Assembly: GCA_964016885.1 (NCBI GenBank)
Contig: OZ024740.1
Location: forward strand, 177,258,001-177,322,000
Length of the DNA: 64,000 nucleotides
Direction of reading: 5' to 3'
DNA from: Eledone cirrhosa
Lineage: Eukaryota
Below the pieces are notes generated by a model that searched no databases, was not told the DNA's origin, and saw nothing but the letters and a program-made list of their open reading frames with translations. This document shows, in pieces, positions 41,985 through 55,108 of the stretch. How positions within the stretch are numbered: position 1 is the first letter of the stretch; each line of letters opens with the position of its first letter. Position numbers and translations under genes: made by a program.

Positions 41985-42085
41985 AATAATTGTTTCTAAT
42001 TTTGGCACAAGGCCAGCAATTATCCCAGTGCATTACTGGTACTTTATTTTATCAACCCCGTAAGGTTGAAAGGCAAAGTTAACCA
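41985..42085 (-). mobile_element. SINE 3' part (another at 35843-35942, flanking the other LINE end)
   Basis: aattgtttctaattttggcacaaggccagcaatt...ctggtactttattttatc. Confidence 0.8.
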
Positions 42086-42409
42086 TAATAATAATAATAA
42101 TAATAATACATACATACATACATACATACATACATACATACATACACACACGATAACAATTAACAGTGCTGCCAATGATCAAAAATGTCTTGCACAGAGT
42201 TGGCAACCAAAACATACACTGGCAGTAGCCGGCTGTGGTTGGAGTTCATGTACTTTTGCATGTCGTTTGAGCCCTCCTGCTGATTTACATTCTCTACTAC
42301 ATGCTTAGCAAGCATACATACATACATACACACATACATACATACTAGTTTTGGCTGAAAAGATCATATGCTGGCCAACATATTCTCATGGAATGTGACC
42401 AAATGAGGT

Positions 42410-42608
42410 TTATGTTTTAACATTGTCCCCTTTGCAGTTCACACACATCTTCCATCGGTGTTTCAGGGCTTGCATTCCATTTATGAAGAAGATTTCATCC
42501 TGTTGGTCAAAAATGTCATCAACGGCAGATAAGATGTCATCATCACTGCGGTAGTGGTTCCCTGCTAAGTGATTTTTCATGTTGGGGACAGATGACAGTC
42601 AGATGGGG
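42410..42608 (-). pseudogene. mariner transposase C-terminal fragment
   Basis: Manual translation with one frameshift: PSDCHL-PNMKNHLAGNHYRSDDDILSAVDDIFDQQDEIFFINGMQALKHRWKMCVNCKGDNVKT*, matching the mariner (YSPDLA)PSDYHLF...RW.KCV...GDYVE end. Confidence 0.85.
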
Positions 42609-42825
42609 ACATCTCATGCATACATAAATGCACATAAATACATATATACATGCATACATACATGCATACATACGTACTGGCATAAATATATATATATTCA
42701 CATGAATAGGCATATAATAGGGTGTATATGTGTGTGTGAACGTGTATGGGAGTGTACATGCGTGTGTGTGAGAGAGAGAGAGAATGAGTGTGTGTGTGTG
42801 TGAGAGAGAGAGAGGGGGAGAATGT

Positions 42826-42860
<35 letters not shown>

Positions 42861-43469
42861 GGAGAGAGGGAGAGAGAGAGGGAGAGAGGGAGAGAGAGAG
42901 GGAGAGAGAGAGGGAGAGAGAGAGTGTGTGTATGTGTATGTATGTGTGTGTGTGTGTTCTCATCACATCCACATCCCCTTCTGAAATTAAAGCCCGTAAG
43001 CTCCAATCCGGATATGCATACGCCAATCCTTAGATAACATATACACACAAACCGTCGCCCACGTACTCCATCATGCTCGCAAAAACACGCTCAATCATAT
43101 CCACAAACACATATATACATGCATATACAGGTGCACCGACTCAGGCATGTGACGTATATACATATATGAATTTCTAAATAGTTCTATCTCGTACTTGTTT
43201 CCAAAATTTGCGTGTCTTATCTGTCGTCTCAGCGATTTTCCAAATTGTGCGATCCACATAAGTGTGAACCTTGCAACGCTTGTGTTGTGTCTTTGAAGTT
43301 TGTCTACAGCCTAGAGTTTGATTGTTTTTGTTGTTTATTTTGTAGATTTATACATTTGACAGTGACACCGCATGGCTGAGCGGTTCGTCTCTCGATCTTA
43401 ATGTCGTGAGTTCCATCCTAGCTGAAGCGCGGTGTCTGTCAATGTGATACAATATTATGCTGAGGGGTG

Positions 43470-43509
<40 letters not shown>

Positions 43510-44070
43510 CTATTCGACGCTCGCTGCGACACTTGTAAGCCTTCAGTTAAAATTTTCATTCTGAAAAATTGAAGACCCTTTCCTATCTCGGTGGCCCTTC
43601 AAAATGTCATGGGCGTTGATTTTCCTCATTTGACTAAATCACAAAAACATATATAAATATAAAGAAAGAAGTCTCTTACTGTCATTGCGACACATGCACA
43701 TCTGCCATGTATGATTTGTTTATTTATTCACTCATTCATTCGTATATTTTCACAACAGATTCATTTTAGTGTCTTTCCGGTGTTAGGTGATACTTTTAAA
43801 AGCAAGTTCAATTGAGCTTAATAATACTCTTGTTTGGTGTATTACTTCACCTTCATACATCCAAATACACAAACGCTTCAACGAAAGCATAAATTTCACA
43901 TTCACTTGTATAATCTGCATAAATAAAGAAAAGGAGAAATAAAATAAAAGATATGTATAGAATATTGAATAACATTGCTATAGTTTGGAGTTCACTTTGC
44001 ATTTACCAAAAATATATTTGGTTATACATGTATTCACACGCATACATGTATCTAGTACGGACACATGTAC

Positions 44071-44159
<89 letters not shown>

Positions 44160-44295
44160 TGGAAGGGATATTTAATTTATTGGAAATTCAACAAATATAA
44201 ATGTTTATAACTGATTCAGAGCACTCGACAGTGTTCTGGGAGTAAATATTCAATGATATTAAATAAATGGAAACTATATTTATAAAAGCATATTC

Positions 44296-45217
44296 ATTCT
44301 ATTATATATACTAGCTGACGTACCCAGCTTCGCTCGGGTAAACAGATGATAAGAGAAGACAGGTAAAAGAGAAAATGACTGTATTGGGTGTTTGTCTGGT
44401 TACAGTATGAGGGGCGTCCGTGGTGTCTGTGTGATAGAAAAAACAGTAAACAAATCTTCCAGATATACCAGATTCTTCGTTGTACAGTTTGTGCATAGTA
44501 TATGAACAATTCTAGGTGTTCCCACCTAGAATAGTGACCTCTAGGAGATGGTTCATCTTCTGTCTGACTGTAAAACGTGTATCATTGCATAGACGTGGTT
44601 GTTCCACGTTTCCCAAAAGGATGATGGAAGTTCCAATCTTTTATATTATATATAGATATTGATATAGATAATTAATATAAAAGATTCCGTCAATATAAAA
44701 GAGGTCCCTATTTACTCCCTTCACAACTCTGTGTATGTTAGACTGACAGACAGGCACACAGACAGATAAACTACGTGGCGATTGTGGGATGCCGCACGTA
44801 CACACACATACACGCATGGAAACGCGCACACGCACGCAAACTTACACACACGCACACACTCACACATGTTGATAGTTTTTACTTTCTGTGGAACGCTGCA
44901 CGCACACACACAAAAACATAAGCGCACATACATACACATGCACACATGTTAATAGTTATTGCTTTCCTTCCCCTCTTATTTCCACACACACACATGTCTC
45001 TACACTGACATAGTGTATCCAAACACAGTGTTCACTTTGCCTCTCTCTCCCCTCCCACTCCCTCATTGGCAATATGCATATTAATTTAAGTTCGGAGTCG
45101 TTTGAAACCTATGAACCAATGATAATCGAGAATTATGACGGAATACTGACATTGTTCAAATTAATATATAGATTTCAAGGGTACCAAAATCTTTGGTACG
45201 TTTTCATCAGATAAAAT
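44296..45217 (-). ncRNA. hammerhead split by the Helitron (45217-45173 plus 44310-44296)
   Basis: Reconstructed: attttat CTGATGA AAAC GTACCAAA gat TTTGGTAC CCTT GAAA|TATATA TA atagaat; same family as 61651-61715. Confidence 0.75.
44311..45172 (-). mobile_element. non-autonomous Helitron inserted in a hammerhead core
   Basis: Minus strand A|TCTATATATTAATTTG ... hairpin CCCGAGCGAAGCTGGG ... CTAG|T. Confidence 0.8.
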
Positions 45218-45691
45218 ACAAAGAGTGTTTTATAAATGTTGACATAGCCAAGGAAAACATACCTTATCAGTTGAATATTCCTTGGGTAGTGAGATTAAAG
45301 AACGGATTTTTCAAACTTATGGATGAGTATGCAAATGAATATGTAAATAAGGTTGAGTTATATGATTGAAAAACCGTTATTTTAAACGCTATGGAAAGTT
45401 TAGATATATGAGTAAAGAGAGAAAGAAAGAAAAAGGAAAAAAAGGAAAAAAGAAAAAGGAAAAAGAAGAAGAAGGAAAAGGAAAAAGAAGACCACTTATA
45501 TACGTTAATTTGGGGGAATTAAATTTGGATATTTACCTATATTATGTATATATTTATATGGAGAATTATGTTTGTAAGTATTTATATTGTAGTGGGTTAA
45601 ATATATAAATATCTATATACATTTTAATAATAGCATATGTATTTTTATTACAAAGATAATTTATCTGTTTTATTAGGGAGAAATCATCAAC

Positions 45692-45736
45692 CTTCCTGAG
45701 GATTTCTCCCGAATGAAAGTTCTCGTCCTGGAGAAG
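45692..45736 (+). ncRNA. hammerhead-like motif
   Basis: cttc CTGAGGA TTTC tccc GAAT GAAA gttctcgtc..gaag; stem III and stem I imperfect. Confidence 0.5.
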
Positions 45737-45905
45737 CCATTTCTATATTAAGTATTTATACTCTGCTATGTATTGAGTACCTTACTTACTGTGGTTACTC
45801 CCGATTGAACCCGGGAAAAACTTATATATATATATATATATTTAATATAGAAGAGCTTCTACAGGACTAGAACTTTTATATATATTCATTTTATTATAGA
45901 AATGA

Positions 45906-45953
45906 CTTCTATGGGCTGAGAACTGTTTCATTCGTAAGAAATCATCAGGAAAG
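45906..45953 (-). ncRNA. hammerhead-like motif, inverted relative of 45692-45736
   Basis: Minus strand: ctttc CTGATGA TTTC ttac GAAT GAAA CAG TT ctcagcccatagaag. Confidence 0.55.
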
Positions 45954-46819
45954 TAATTTCCTTTCTAGTCCTGTAGAAGTCATTTCTATAATAAAATGAA
46001 TACACCTATACTCTACTAACGTAGAGAGTGACTTTTTTACTGTGGTCGTCTCACGATTTACATCGGGATCCTACATATTATATATAAACGTCTGTCTTCC
46101 ATAGAATTCTTTTTCGTGGGATTATTGCATTTTACTCTCAATTTCGGGGAAAGACATTTTTAACTGGAAATTTTCCCCAGTCAATGATTTCCTCAGTCAG
46201 TCATTGGCAAACGGGGCTATGTCTTTGATCATATGTCCGTTGAATTAAGGCTAACTTGCGCCTCAGCAACAACAACAAAATCACCAACAATTAGATGATT
46301 CTCCAGTCAATGATTCACAAAGGGGGCTACCGGCCCCATGCTAGTGCTGGGAGACACAAGATGGGCACCAGAGGGTAAGAGATCTAGGATCATTAAGGCA
46401 AGGAGTGGGGAAGGAGGACATTGGCAATGAATACAAAATTGTAATTGGTCGTAAAACTGTCATCTTTAGTTATACAATAAATGCTTGAATAAAAAAATGA
46501 TAATTATAAACTTTAATTTCTAATGTACGAAATGTATCACCATTAAACAGGGGGGTGGGGTACTAAAAAGGAGTGGTGGTTCAAAAATGCTTAAGAAACT
46601 TTAGTCTAAGGTATTTGAGGTGTATTTTCTTAGCCTCTCAATTTGTTTGCCAATGCGATCAGTATTTCAATGCTTTGGCACATATTGACACCATACAGCT
46701 TACAGTTTTGTAGTTGTTGATGATGATGCTGTTGATGATGATGAAGGTGATTATGATGAAGGTGATTATGATAAAGGTAATTATGATGAGGATGATTATG
46801 ATGAAGGTGATTATAAGGA

Positions 46820-47005
46820 TAATAATTGTTTCTACTTTTGGCACAAGGCCAGCAATTATCTCAGTGCATTACTGGTACTTTATTTTATCAACTTCGTAAG
46901 GATGAAAGGCAAAGTTAACCTTGGCGGGATTTGAAGTCAGACCGTAAAAGGCCGGAACTCTATGTTGTAAAGCATGGCGTCCAACCCTCTATCGATACCT
47001 CCAAT
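46820..47005 (-). mobile_element. SINE copy preceded by (ATG)-rich repeat 46718-46820
   Basis: Family core and B box. Confidence 0.85.
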
Positions 47006-47149
47006 GGTGGTGGTGGTGAGGGATCTGGTTGTTAGTGTTGTTAGCTAGATTTAAGTCAACACTGATCGAGTACACCGATGACAGAAAAAACATACAGCCG
47101 ATATCGACTTATCGTTTTTCACTGTGATGGGATAAAGACTTGCTCGATG

Positions 47150-48320
47150 GTTGAACATGGCGATAATTCTAACGACGACGGCGATGATGGTATCGACGAT
47201 GTTAAAGACGATGAAAATTACATAGATGGCAGTGAATATGGTGGCGGTGGTGGAGATGAGGTTGTTGTTGTTGATGGTGGTGGAGGTGGTAGTGGTGGTG
47301 GTGGTGGCAGTGGTGGTGATGGTGATGGTGGTGGTGGTGGTGAGGATGATGATGATGATGTTGATGTTGTTGATGGTGGTGGCGATGGTGATGGTGGTGG
47401 GGGGGGGGGATAGTGGTGGGGGGGGGGGGGGGGGCGATGGTGGTGTTGGTGGTGGTGATAATGATGGTGATGGCGGTGGTGGTGGTGATGAGGATGATGA
47501 TGTTGATGTTGATGTTGTTGATGGTGGTGGGGGTGGTGGGGGTGGTGATAATGGTGGTAGTGGTGGTGGTGGTAGTGAGGATGATGATGTTGATGTTGTT
47601 GATGGTGGTGGTGGCGGTGATGATGGTGGTGGTGGTGGTGGTGGTGGTGATGAGGATGATGATGTTGATGTTGTTGATGGTGGTGGTGGTGATAGTGGTG
47701 GTGGTGATGATGGTGGTAGTGGTGGTGGTGGTGGTGAGGATGATGATGTTGATGTTGATGGTGGTGGTGGTGGTGGTGATGGTGGTGGTGATGACGGTGG
47801 TAGTGGTGGTGGTGGTGGTGAGGATGATGATGTTGATGTTGTTGATGGTGGTGGTGTTGATGGTGGTGGTGGTGGTGGTGGTGGTGGTGGTGGTGGTGGT
47901 GGTGGTGGTGGTGGTGGTGGTGGTGGTGGTGGTGGTGGTGGTGTTGGTTGTGGTGGTGATGGTGGGGGTGGGGGTGGGGGTGGGGGGTGGGGTGAGGATG
48001 ATGATGTTCTTGATGTTATTGATAGTGGTGGTGGTGGTAATGATGAGGATAATGATGTTGTTGTTGTTGATGGTGGTGGTGGTGATGGTGGTGGTGGTGG
48101 TGAGGATGATGATGATGATGTTGTTGTTGTTGATGGTGGTGGTGGTGATGGTGGTGGTGGTGGTGAGGATGATGATGATGATGTTGATGTTGTTGATGTT
48201 GTTGATGGTGGTGGTGGTGGTGGTGGTGATGTTGGTGGTGGTGATGGTGGTGGTGGTGGTGGTGGTGGTGGTGGTGGTGGTGGTGGTGGTGGTGGTGGTG
48301 GTGGTGCTGATGATGGTTGC
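47150..48320. repeat. complex (GGT/GAT)n satellite with recurring gaggatgatgatgttgatgttgttgat unit
   Basis: Direct reading; explains poly-G/D/P/H ORFs. Confidence 0.95.
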
Positions 48321-48757
48321 TTAAAACGATTGTGAGAGTAAGCAGGAAATAACAGGATGAGATTAAAGAAGTCAAATGAGAAGATGATAGCCATTTATGA
48401 GACACAGAATGAAAGGGGGAATTGAACGGGTGTATACAGGTGTGTATAATAGATGTAGTGTAGGGGAGGTGTGTATGTGTTTATGAGTATTTTGTGTATG
48501 ATTCTATGTAGATTATAGTTTGTTTGCGTCTATACATGTATCATGTGTATATGGAGGTAATGGCATATAGGTTATTATGTGTGTGAATATGTACATGTAT
48601 GTGTGTATATATCTATATGCATATGTATGTATATATGTATATAACTATATATATATATATATGTATATACAAAGGGCGGAAGAACTCATAAGAGTCAACG
48701 GCTATCCAAAAATGTGTAAATATGTATATACACATTTACATATGTATGTGTGTATAT

Positions 48758-49460
48758 GCCTGAGGTGTCAGTGAGGGGCATGTACCTCTGTAGGGAGGGC
48801 TAGCCATGCCCTTTTCAGGACAGCTCTTTCTGCATGGGTCCCACCTGACACTCAGCTCTCACCTGTGGCCCCAAAAAGCTGTAGCAAGCGACAGCGGCCA
48901 CACCCCAGTAACCCGCCTTGGCTGGCGGGCCGAACCAGGTTGAGGGTAGCCGCACGGGTCTGAACCCCCCCCCCCCCCGGTGAGTTAGTTAGGGGATACC
49001 TGCCCCTGCATGCGAAGACTGGACTCGGCGCAGTGAGTGGAGGAGGACAACATCGTCCCAACGGTCACAAAGGCGGCGATAGCAAGCGGTCTGGAGCGCT
49101 AGGGCACGGCAAGGCACTACAGACGTCGTGGCCATCCACTGCAGCCAAGGAGGTCCCTGGTAGTGATGGGACTCCGTACCACCGGATTCTGGCTTCTGCG
49201 GCCGAGTGAGAGGGACCGTCACTGACCACTGGCCCTCCTACTATAAATCTTTCCCGCACTGGTTTCTTCTTTAGCGTGCACTCCCAAAGCCCTGCGGCGA
49301 TGGGCGAGAGGTGGAGGTAACAGGTGGAGGTAACCTCTGGGAGTTGCCAGTCTGACTCCGGTCTCTTCCCCTGCCCCCCACTATCCCCGGACCTGCAAGT
49401 CAAGGATCGGCCTCCAAGGCCACCTTCATGCCCACGGCAGACGGGAACAACAATAAAGAA
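48758..49460 (+). mobile_element. GC-rich 5' UTR/leader fragment of an RTE-like LINE
   Basis: cagctctcacctgtggc...gagggtagcc...ggtgagttag...ctgcatg.gaagac and tttcttctttagcgtgcactc resemble RTE leaders (recalled similarity, not searched). Confidence 0.55.
48775..48946 (+). ncRNA. candidate HDV-like ribozyme
   Basis: P2 ctctcacctg/caggttgaggg, P3 tggc/gcca, P4 cccgcc/ggcggg followed by CCGAA; P1 GGGGCA/CACCCC is imperfect and J1/4 reads AG. Confidence 0.4.
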
Positions 49461-49499
<39 letters not shown>

Positions 49500-49601
49500 T
49501 TAGTTAAGAAAAACAAGACCACAAATTGTTTTGCTTAACTAATGAATATATATATATATATATATGATAATAATGGAGCTGCGGCGCTGCAAATGGGTTA
49601 C

Positions 49602-50355
49602 ATATGAAAAAGTTTGTCCTCATCAGTGGCCATCCAACCGTCGTAGGCATTTCGTCGCATTAGAGGCCATATACCTCAGGTTGGTGCGAGCAACGGCTAA
49701 AAAAAAAGTCGTTGGGACACGTAAATAAGGGGGACGCTAGGGTAAACGAACAAAATGGTTTAAGCAGCAGAAAGTAATGTCAAAGGAAACAAGTCCCAGA
49801 TTTCTATGAATATAAATTCGGTGAAATCGTGAACGAGAGAATAAAGACTATCAAACCTGGTTGAAATGTGAGCAAGGAAGGAATTTCGCACAGGTCTAAC
49901 GGGAGGAAGAAGGGGTCTGGTCTGCGAATTCGGCAAACATAAGTTCTGTGAAGTCGCAGACGAGAGAGAGCCGGTATGATTTTTTTTCTCTCTCTCTCTC
50001 GTCTGCGACTTCACAGAACTTATGTTTACCGAATTCGCAGATCAGACCCCTTCTTCCTCCCGTTAGACCTGTGCGAAATTCCTTCCTTGCTCACATTTCA
50101 ACCAGGTTTGATAGTCTTTATTCTCTCGTTCACGATTTCACCGAATTTATATTCATAGAAATCTGGTACTTGTTTCCTTTTTCATTACTTTGTGCTGCTT
50201 AAACCATTTTGTTCGTTTACCCTAGCGTCCCCCTTATTTACGTGTCCCAACGACTTTTTTTTAGCCGTTGCTCGCACCAACCTGAGGTATATGGCCTCTA
50301 ATGCGACGAAATGCCTACGACGGTTGGATGGCCACTGATGAGGACAAACTTTTTC

Positions 50356-50359
<4 letters not shown>
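49602..50359. repeat. near-perfect palindrome, ~369-bp arms, ~21-nt spacer
   Basis: 49602-49970 is the reverse complement of 49992-50359 with few mismatches; mirrored ORFs in the track confirm it. Confidence 0.95.
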
Positions 50360-50390
<31 letters not shown>

Positions 50391-50391
50391 C

Positions 50392-50646
50392 ATTCATTAG
50401 TTAAGCAAACCAAGACCACAAATGTCACAAGGAAGACATCATTAAAAGATTGTCAACATAGTTTTAGTTTAATATAAGGAATGTAAAGAATAATAATAAT
50501 AATACTAATAATGTCCGTTTACAATTGTTTCGCTACTCCATATAATGTTTCTGGATCAAATGATTATAGATCATTATTGATCTGGTTCAGATGAAGATAT
50601 TTAACTTAGGTGAAATTTGTGGTCTTGTTTTGCTTAACTAATGAAT
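50392..50646. mobile_element. MITE with 32-bp TIRs; collapsed TIR-only derivative at 49495-49547
   Basis: attcattagttaagcaaaccaagaccacaaat / atttgtggtcttgttttgcttaactaatgaat. Confidence 0.75.
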
Positions 50647-50793
50647 ATTTCCAGCTCTGTGCACCTAGCTGCCTTACACTGCATATTGCACATTGAGCAC
50701 ATGCCTTTACGCTTTTGGCTTCTAACTAATTCACCAATCTCGCTTCTCCTCTCCTATCTCCATCTCTCTCTTTAAGATTGGTTACTCTTGAAT

Positions 50794-50849
<56 letters not shown>

Positions 50850-50854
50850 CATAC

Positions 50855-50899
<45 letters not shown>

Positions 50900-50920
50900 A
50901 TTAGGTTAAATCTCTACATA

Positions 50921-51105
50921 TATAATTGTTTCTACTTTTGGAGGCACAAGGCCAGCAAGTACCCAGTGCATTACTGGTATTTTATTTTATCAACCCCGTA
51001 AGGATGAAAGGCAAAGTTAACCTCGGCTGGATTTGAACTCAGAAAGGTACGGGCCATCACTCTATGCGTGGCGTCCGACCCTCTACCGATACTGCCAATC
51101 CACCA
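50921..51105 (-). mobile_element. SINE copy
   Basis: Family core and A/B boxes. Confidence 0.85.
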
Positions 51106-51534
51106 TACATATATAATGTATACTGATTAAGGTACTCAACAAAGAAAACTCCATGAACATTAAGCTCAGAACATAATTTATATAAATTCAAACGATATAC
51201 AAAATTTCTTTGCATGTATCTAGTTGAGAAACAACTAGTATTATGTACCTACATATAGAATGACAAATAATAAATGTCCTCACTTAAAGAAAGAATCAAG
51301 ACAAAATTGCCTAAAGTTCACATAAAAAATTCTACAACATTATGCTTATAACCGACTTAATGATTGGGCTCAATCACCAAATGTCGATCTTAGTAATAAG
51401 TATCATAAAGACCAAGGAACATCATTTATCAGCAATTGATTAAGGTCTTGTGCATTAATATATCTCACCCTGCACATTAACTAGTTATCTGCCCAAGCAA
51501 GACGAACAAATTCAGCATTCGCTAATCAGAAGAC

Positions 51535-52028
51535 GGGAGGTAAGTGTAAAATCCAAACTCGCTATCTTTAATTCAGTAATCGTGCCAACCCGTACCTATG
51601 GTCATGAATCTTGGATAATAACCGAAAGAATAGGATCGCGAATACAAGTGGCCGAAATGAGGTTCCTCCGAAGAGTGTTTGGAGTCATGTTACTCGATAT
51701 GGTGCGTAGTTCGAAGTTCAGAGAGTCACTTCAGGTAGAGACGAATTGGGAGATCAGGTCCGATATTATGGGCATGTAGTTAGAATGTTTACGGAAAAAA
51801 TCGGTGGACAGATTTTATGGATAAAACCAACCGGAAGGAGACCCAGTGGTAGACCCCGAACAACATGGTCGGATAACATCCATGAGCTTGGCTGGTCTAG
51901 CTTGGGGATACAGCCGGATCTGTTGAAGATGGTTGCTTCTGATAGAACCCGCTGGAAGGAGTCTTTTGAAGACTCTGCTCCCACGACCTTCTTAGGTATA
52001 AGTATTGTGAAAAAAAAGATGGAGAGAC

Positions 52029-52030
<2 letters not shown>
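51535..52030 (+). mobile_element. RTE-clade LINE 3' fragment
   Basis: TYGHESW..TE..SRIQVAEMRFLRR..GV, RYYGHVVRM, GRRPSGRPRTTW. Confidence 0.85.
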
Positions 52031-52069
<39 letters not shown>

Positions 52070-52109
52070 GTTACACTCACCACACGTACGCACACACACA
52101 CACACACAC

Positions 52110-52155
<46 letters not shown>

Positions 52156-52229
52156 AGGAACTGGATTATAATAAGCAATTTTCTGCTTCCCTAACTATAT
52201 ACATACCTATACAGACATATATATATACA

Positions 52230-52723
<494 letters not shown>

Positions 52724-53061
52724 CGCGCATATGAATTCCTAGGTATCACAGACAGACAGGGGGCTAGACAGTCAAATAACTAAAGAAAGAAGTGAAATCC
52801 AGTGACAACTGAATGAAATCAACTCATAAAAATGTTCCCCAAAATCTTACTAGAAATAGCAACTATCCCGTCAAGCTATTCATAAAATCTACTAATATTG
52901 TATTGTATGGCAGGTTATGGCGATCATTCGGTCATGCGTATCGCATTGTTTCATTAAACGGCCGAATAATGAGGCACTTGTATGTGTATGTATCATACTG
53001 ATATATATATATATATATTTATATATTTATATATATCAGTATAATACATATATATGTATAT

Positions 53062-53105
<44 letters not shown>

Positions 53106-53106
53106 G

Positions 53107-53164
<58 letters not shown>

Positions 53165-53243
53165 CACATATATATATGTATAAGTATTCTCATAGCCCTA
53201 TGATAAAAATATACATATACAAAAATACATACACAAAAACACA

Positions 53244-53277
<34 letters not shown>

Positions 53278-53377
53278 TACCCCGACAAAGAATTCCTATA
53301 TATATATATATATAGGATATTTGCTGCTTTGTTTTTATATATATAACACATATATGTATGTGTATATTTATATATAT

Positions 53378-53494
<117 letters not shown>

Positions 53495-54945
53495 TGTGTG
53501 TTCATTCAATCGAATCAACTGCTTATACGAAGGATGTTTATAGGTGGCTGCTTTGATAATTGAGTAGGATTTAATTTGGCCACGGCGCTCATAATGAATG
53601 TGATGTAGTGTTGTTTCTATGGGTTGTGATAGATTTTGAGCTGACACTGTTAAAGTGATGATAATGGTGGCATTCATGAGGCTGTTTTATGTTGTTTGGT
53701 TGCTTTTTATTGTTGTTATTGTGATAATGTTTGTGCTATTATGCCAGTGGATAAGGCTATATTTGTGGCCAATGAATTTCAATGCGACGTCCGATTTGCT
53801 TGCGCACCTCCGTTCTAACACACTATCAGAATCTCCCGGAGAGTTGTTTGAGCTAAGACAGGGTCCCATATTGACGTTCAGCCTGCTAGAAATAAAAGTC
53901 AAGTTACTCTTATCTTAAAACCATCTTCTTAAAATAAAAGGAGACTTTTGCATAATATTCTTAAACACACCATGTGGATCTGATTTTACTCATAATTATG
54001 TAACCTTAGAAATGCTGAGAATATATCGTTTTTTTTTTTGATTTTTTTTGTAAATGTCATGGATCAATCAATTAAAAACAATAACAAGGGAAATATCCCA
54101 TAGATAACTTTAGAATGAATAACAGATTGTTAAATAGCAGCTAACATACTTTATGCAGTGAATGAAGAAAAATGTCTGATTAATTAAATTTACACGCGTA
54201 ATAAAAAAAAAAATGCTTCATGTTAATTATATATTTTTTTAAAGGTAGTTGAAAGAAACCCCGAATCCAAATCGAAATGAATTATATTTTGTCTGGTACT
54301 CATAAATCTCTGTTTAAAGCATAGTCGTATTGTGTTATTTAAACTCTAATTGTGTTTCATACTTAAGATATTAACATGCTACGTTTCCTACATTAAGTTA
54401 CACAATATGCGCATCAATATCACCATTTCTCAACGAATCTTCCCAAACTTTAGCACAGTGACCCAGATCCATGGTAGAATTATCTATAACACGAGCCCTA
54501 TGGTCTGAGATCGTGATGATGTTGTCTAGAACACATTTCATTATAGTTCTGCTCGATGAGGGCTAACCTGTGTCTAAACAACAACATTACATGAATGTTT
54601 AATTAGAGTTGCATAAGATTGTTCTTCTTTTTCAGGTCCCAGATGAACCTTGATGCAGCAGACCTATAATCAAAGGCGTTCTAGGTATGACCATGTCATC
54701 GTTTTGTATTTCAAGGATGACATTTAAAATAGGAGTGTTTGGTTTGAAGGAGATTTATTTGTTTAATCTAGCAGGGTAAGCAATAGTATAGAGTTCACTG
54801 TATACTAGGTTGTTCAGATAAGTTGAGTGGTATTTATGATGATAATCTTGTTCTTTTTAATCCAGAATATCTCTGATAGTATAGACAGACCTATGATCAA
54901 CAGTATTAAAGCCATGTAAATCTTGTCTTTTTTTAAGATATAGGG

Positions 54946-55108
54946 CTGTCATAGGCAAACTACGGCCCGCGAGCTGCATGCAACCCGTTAAGCTTTCTGA
55001 ATGGCACGCCGAATTTCAAAATAGCTTTGAATTTTTAGTAGGGTGGCCCAACTTATGATGAGCCACGTCCTATGCGGCCCACTGCTCGAAAAAGTTTGCC
55101 CATGCCTG
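54946..55108. mobile_element. hAT-like MITE
   Basis: ctgtcataggcaaactacggccc ... gcggccc..aagtttgcccatgcctg termini; imperfect 8-bp TSD atataggg/atatagaa. Confidence 0.7.

Noticed and set aside
47051-48405. 447/369/303-aa Pro-, Gly/Asp- or Val-rich ORFs
   Set aside because: (GGT/GAT)n satellite artefact.
50300-50350. GAAA...CTGATGAGGAC as a type II hammerhead (mirrored at 49610-49660)
   Set aside because: Stem II partners do not pair and no NUH lies in register.
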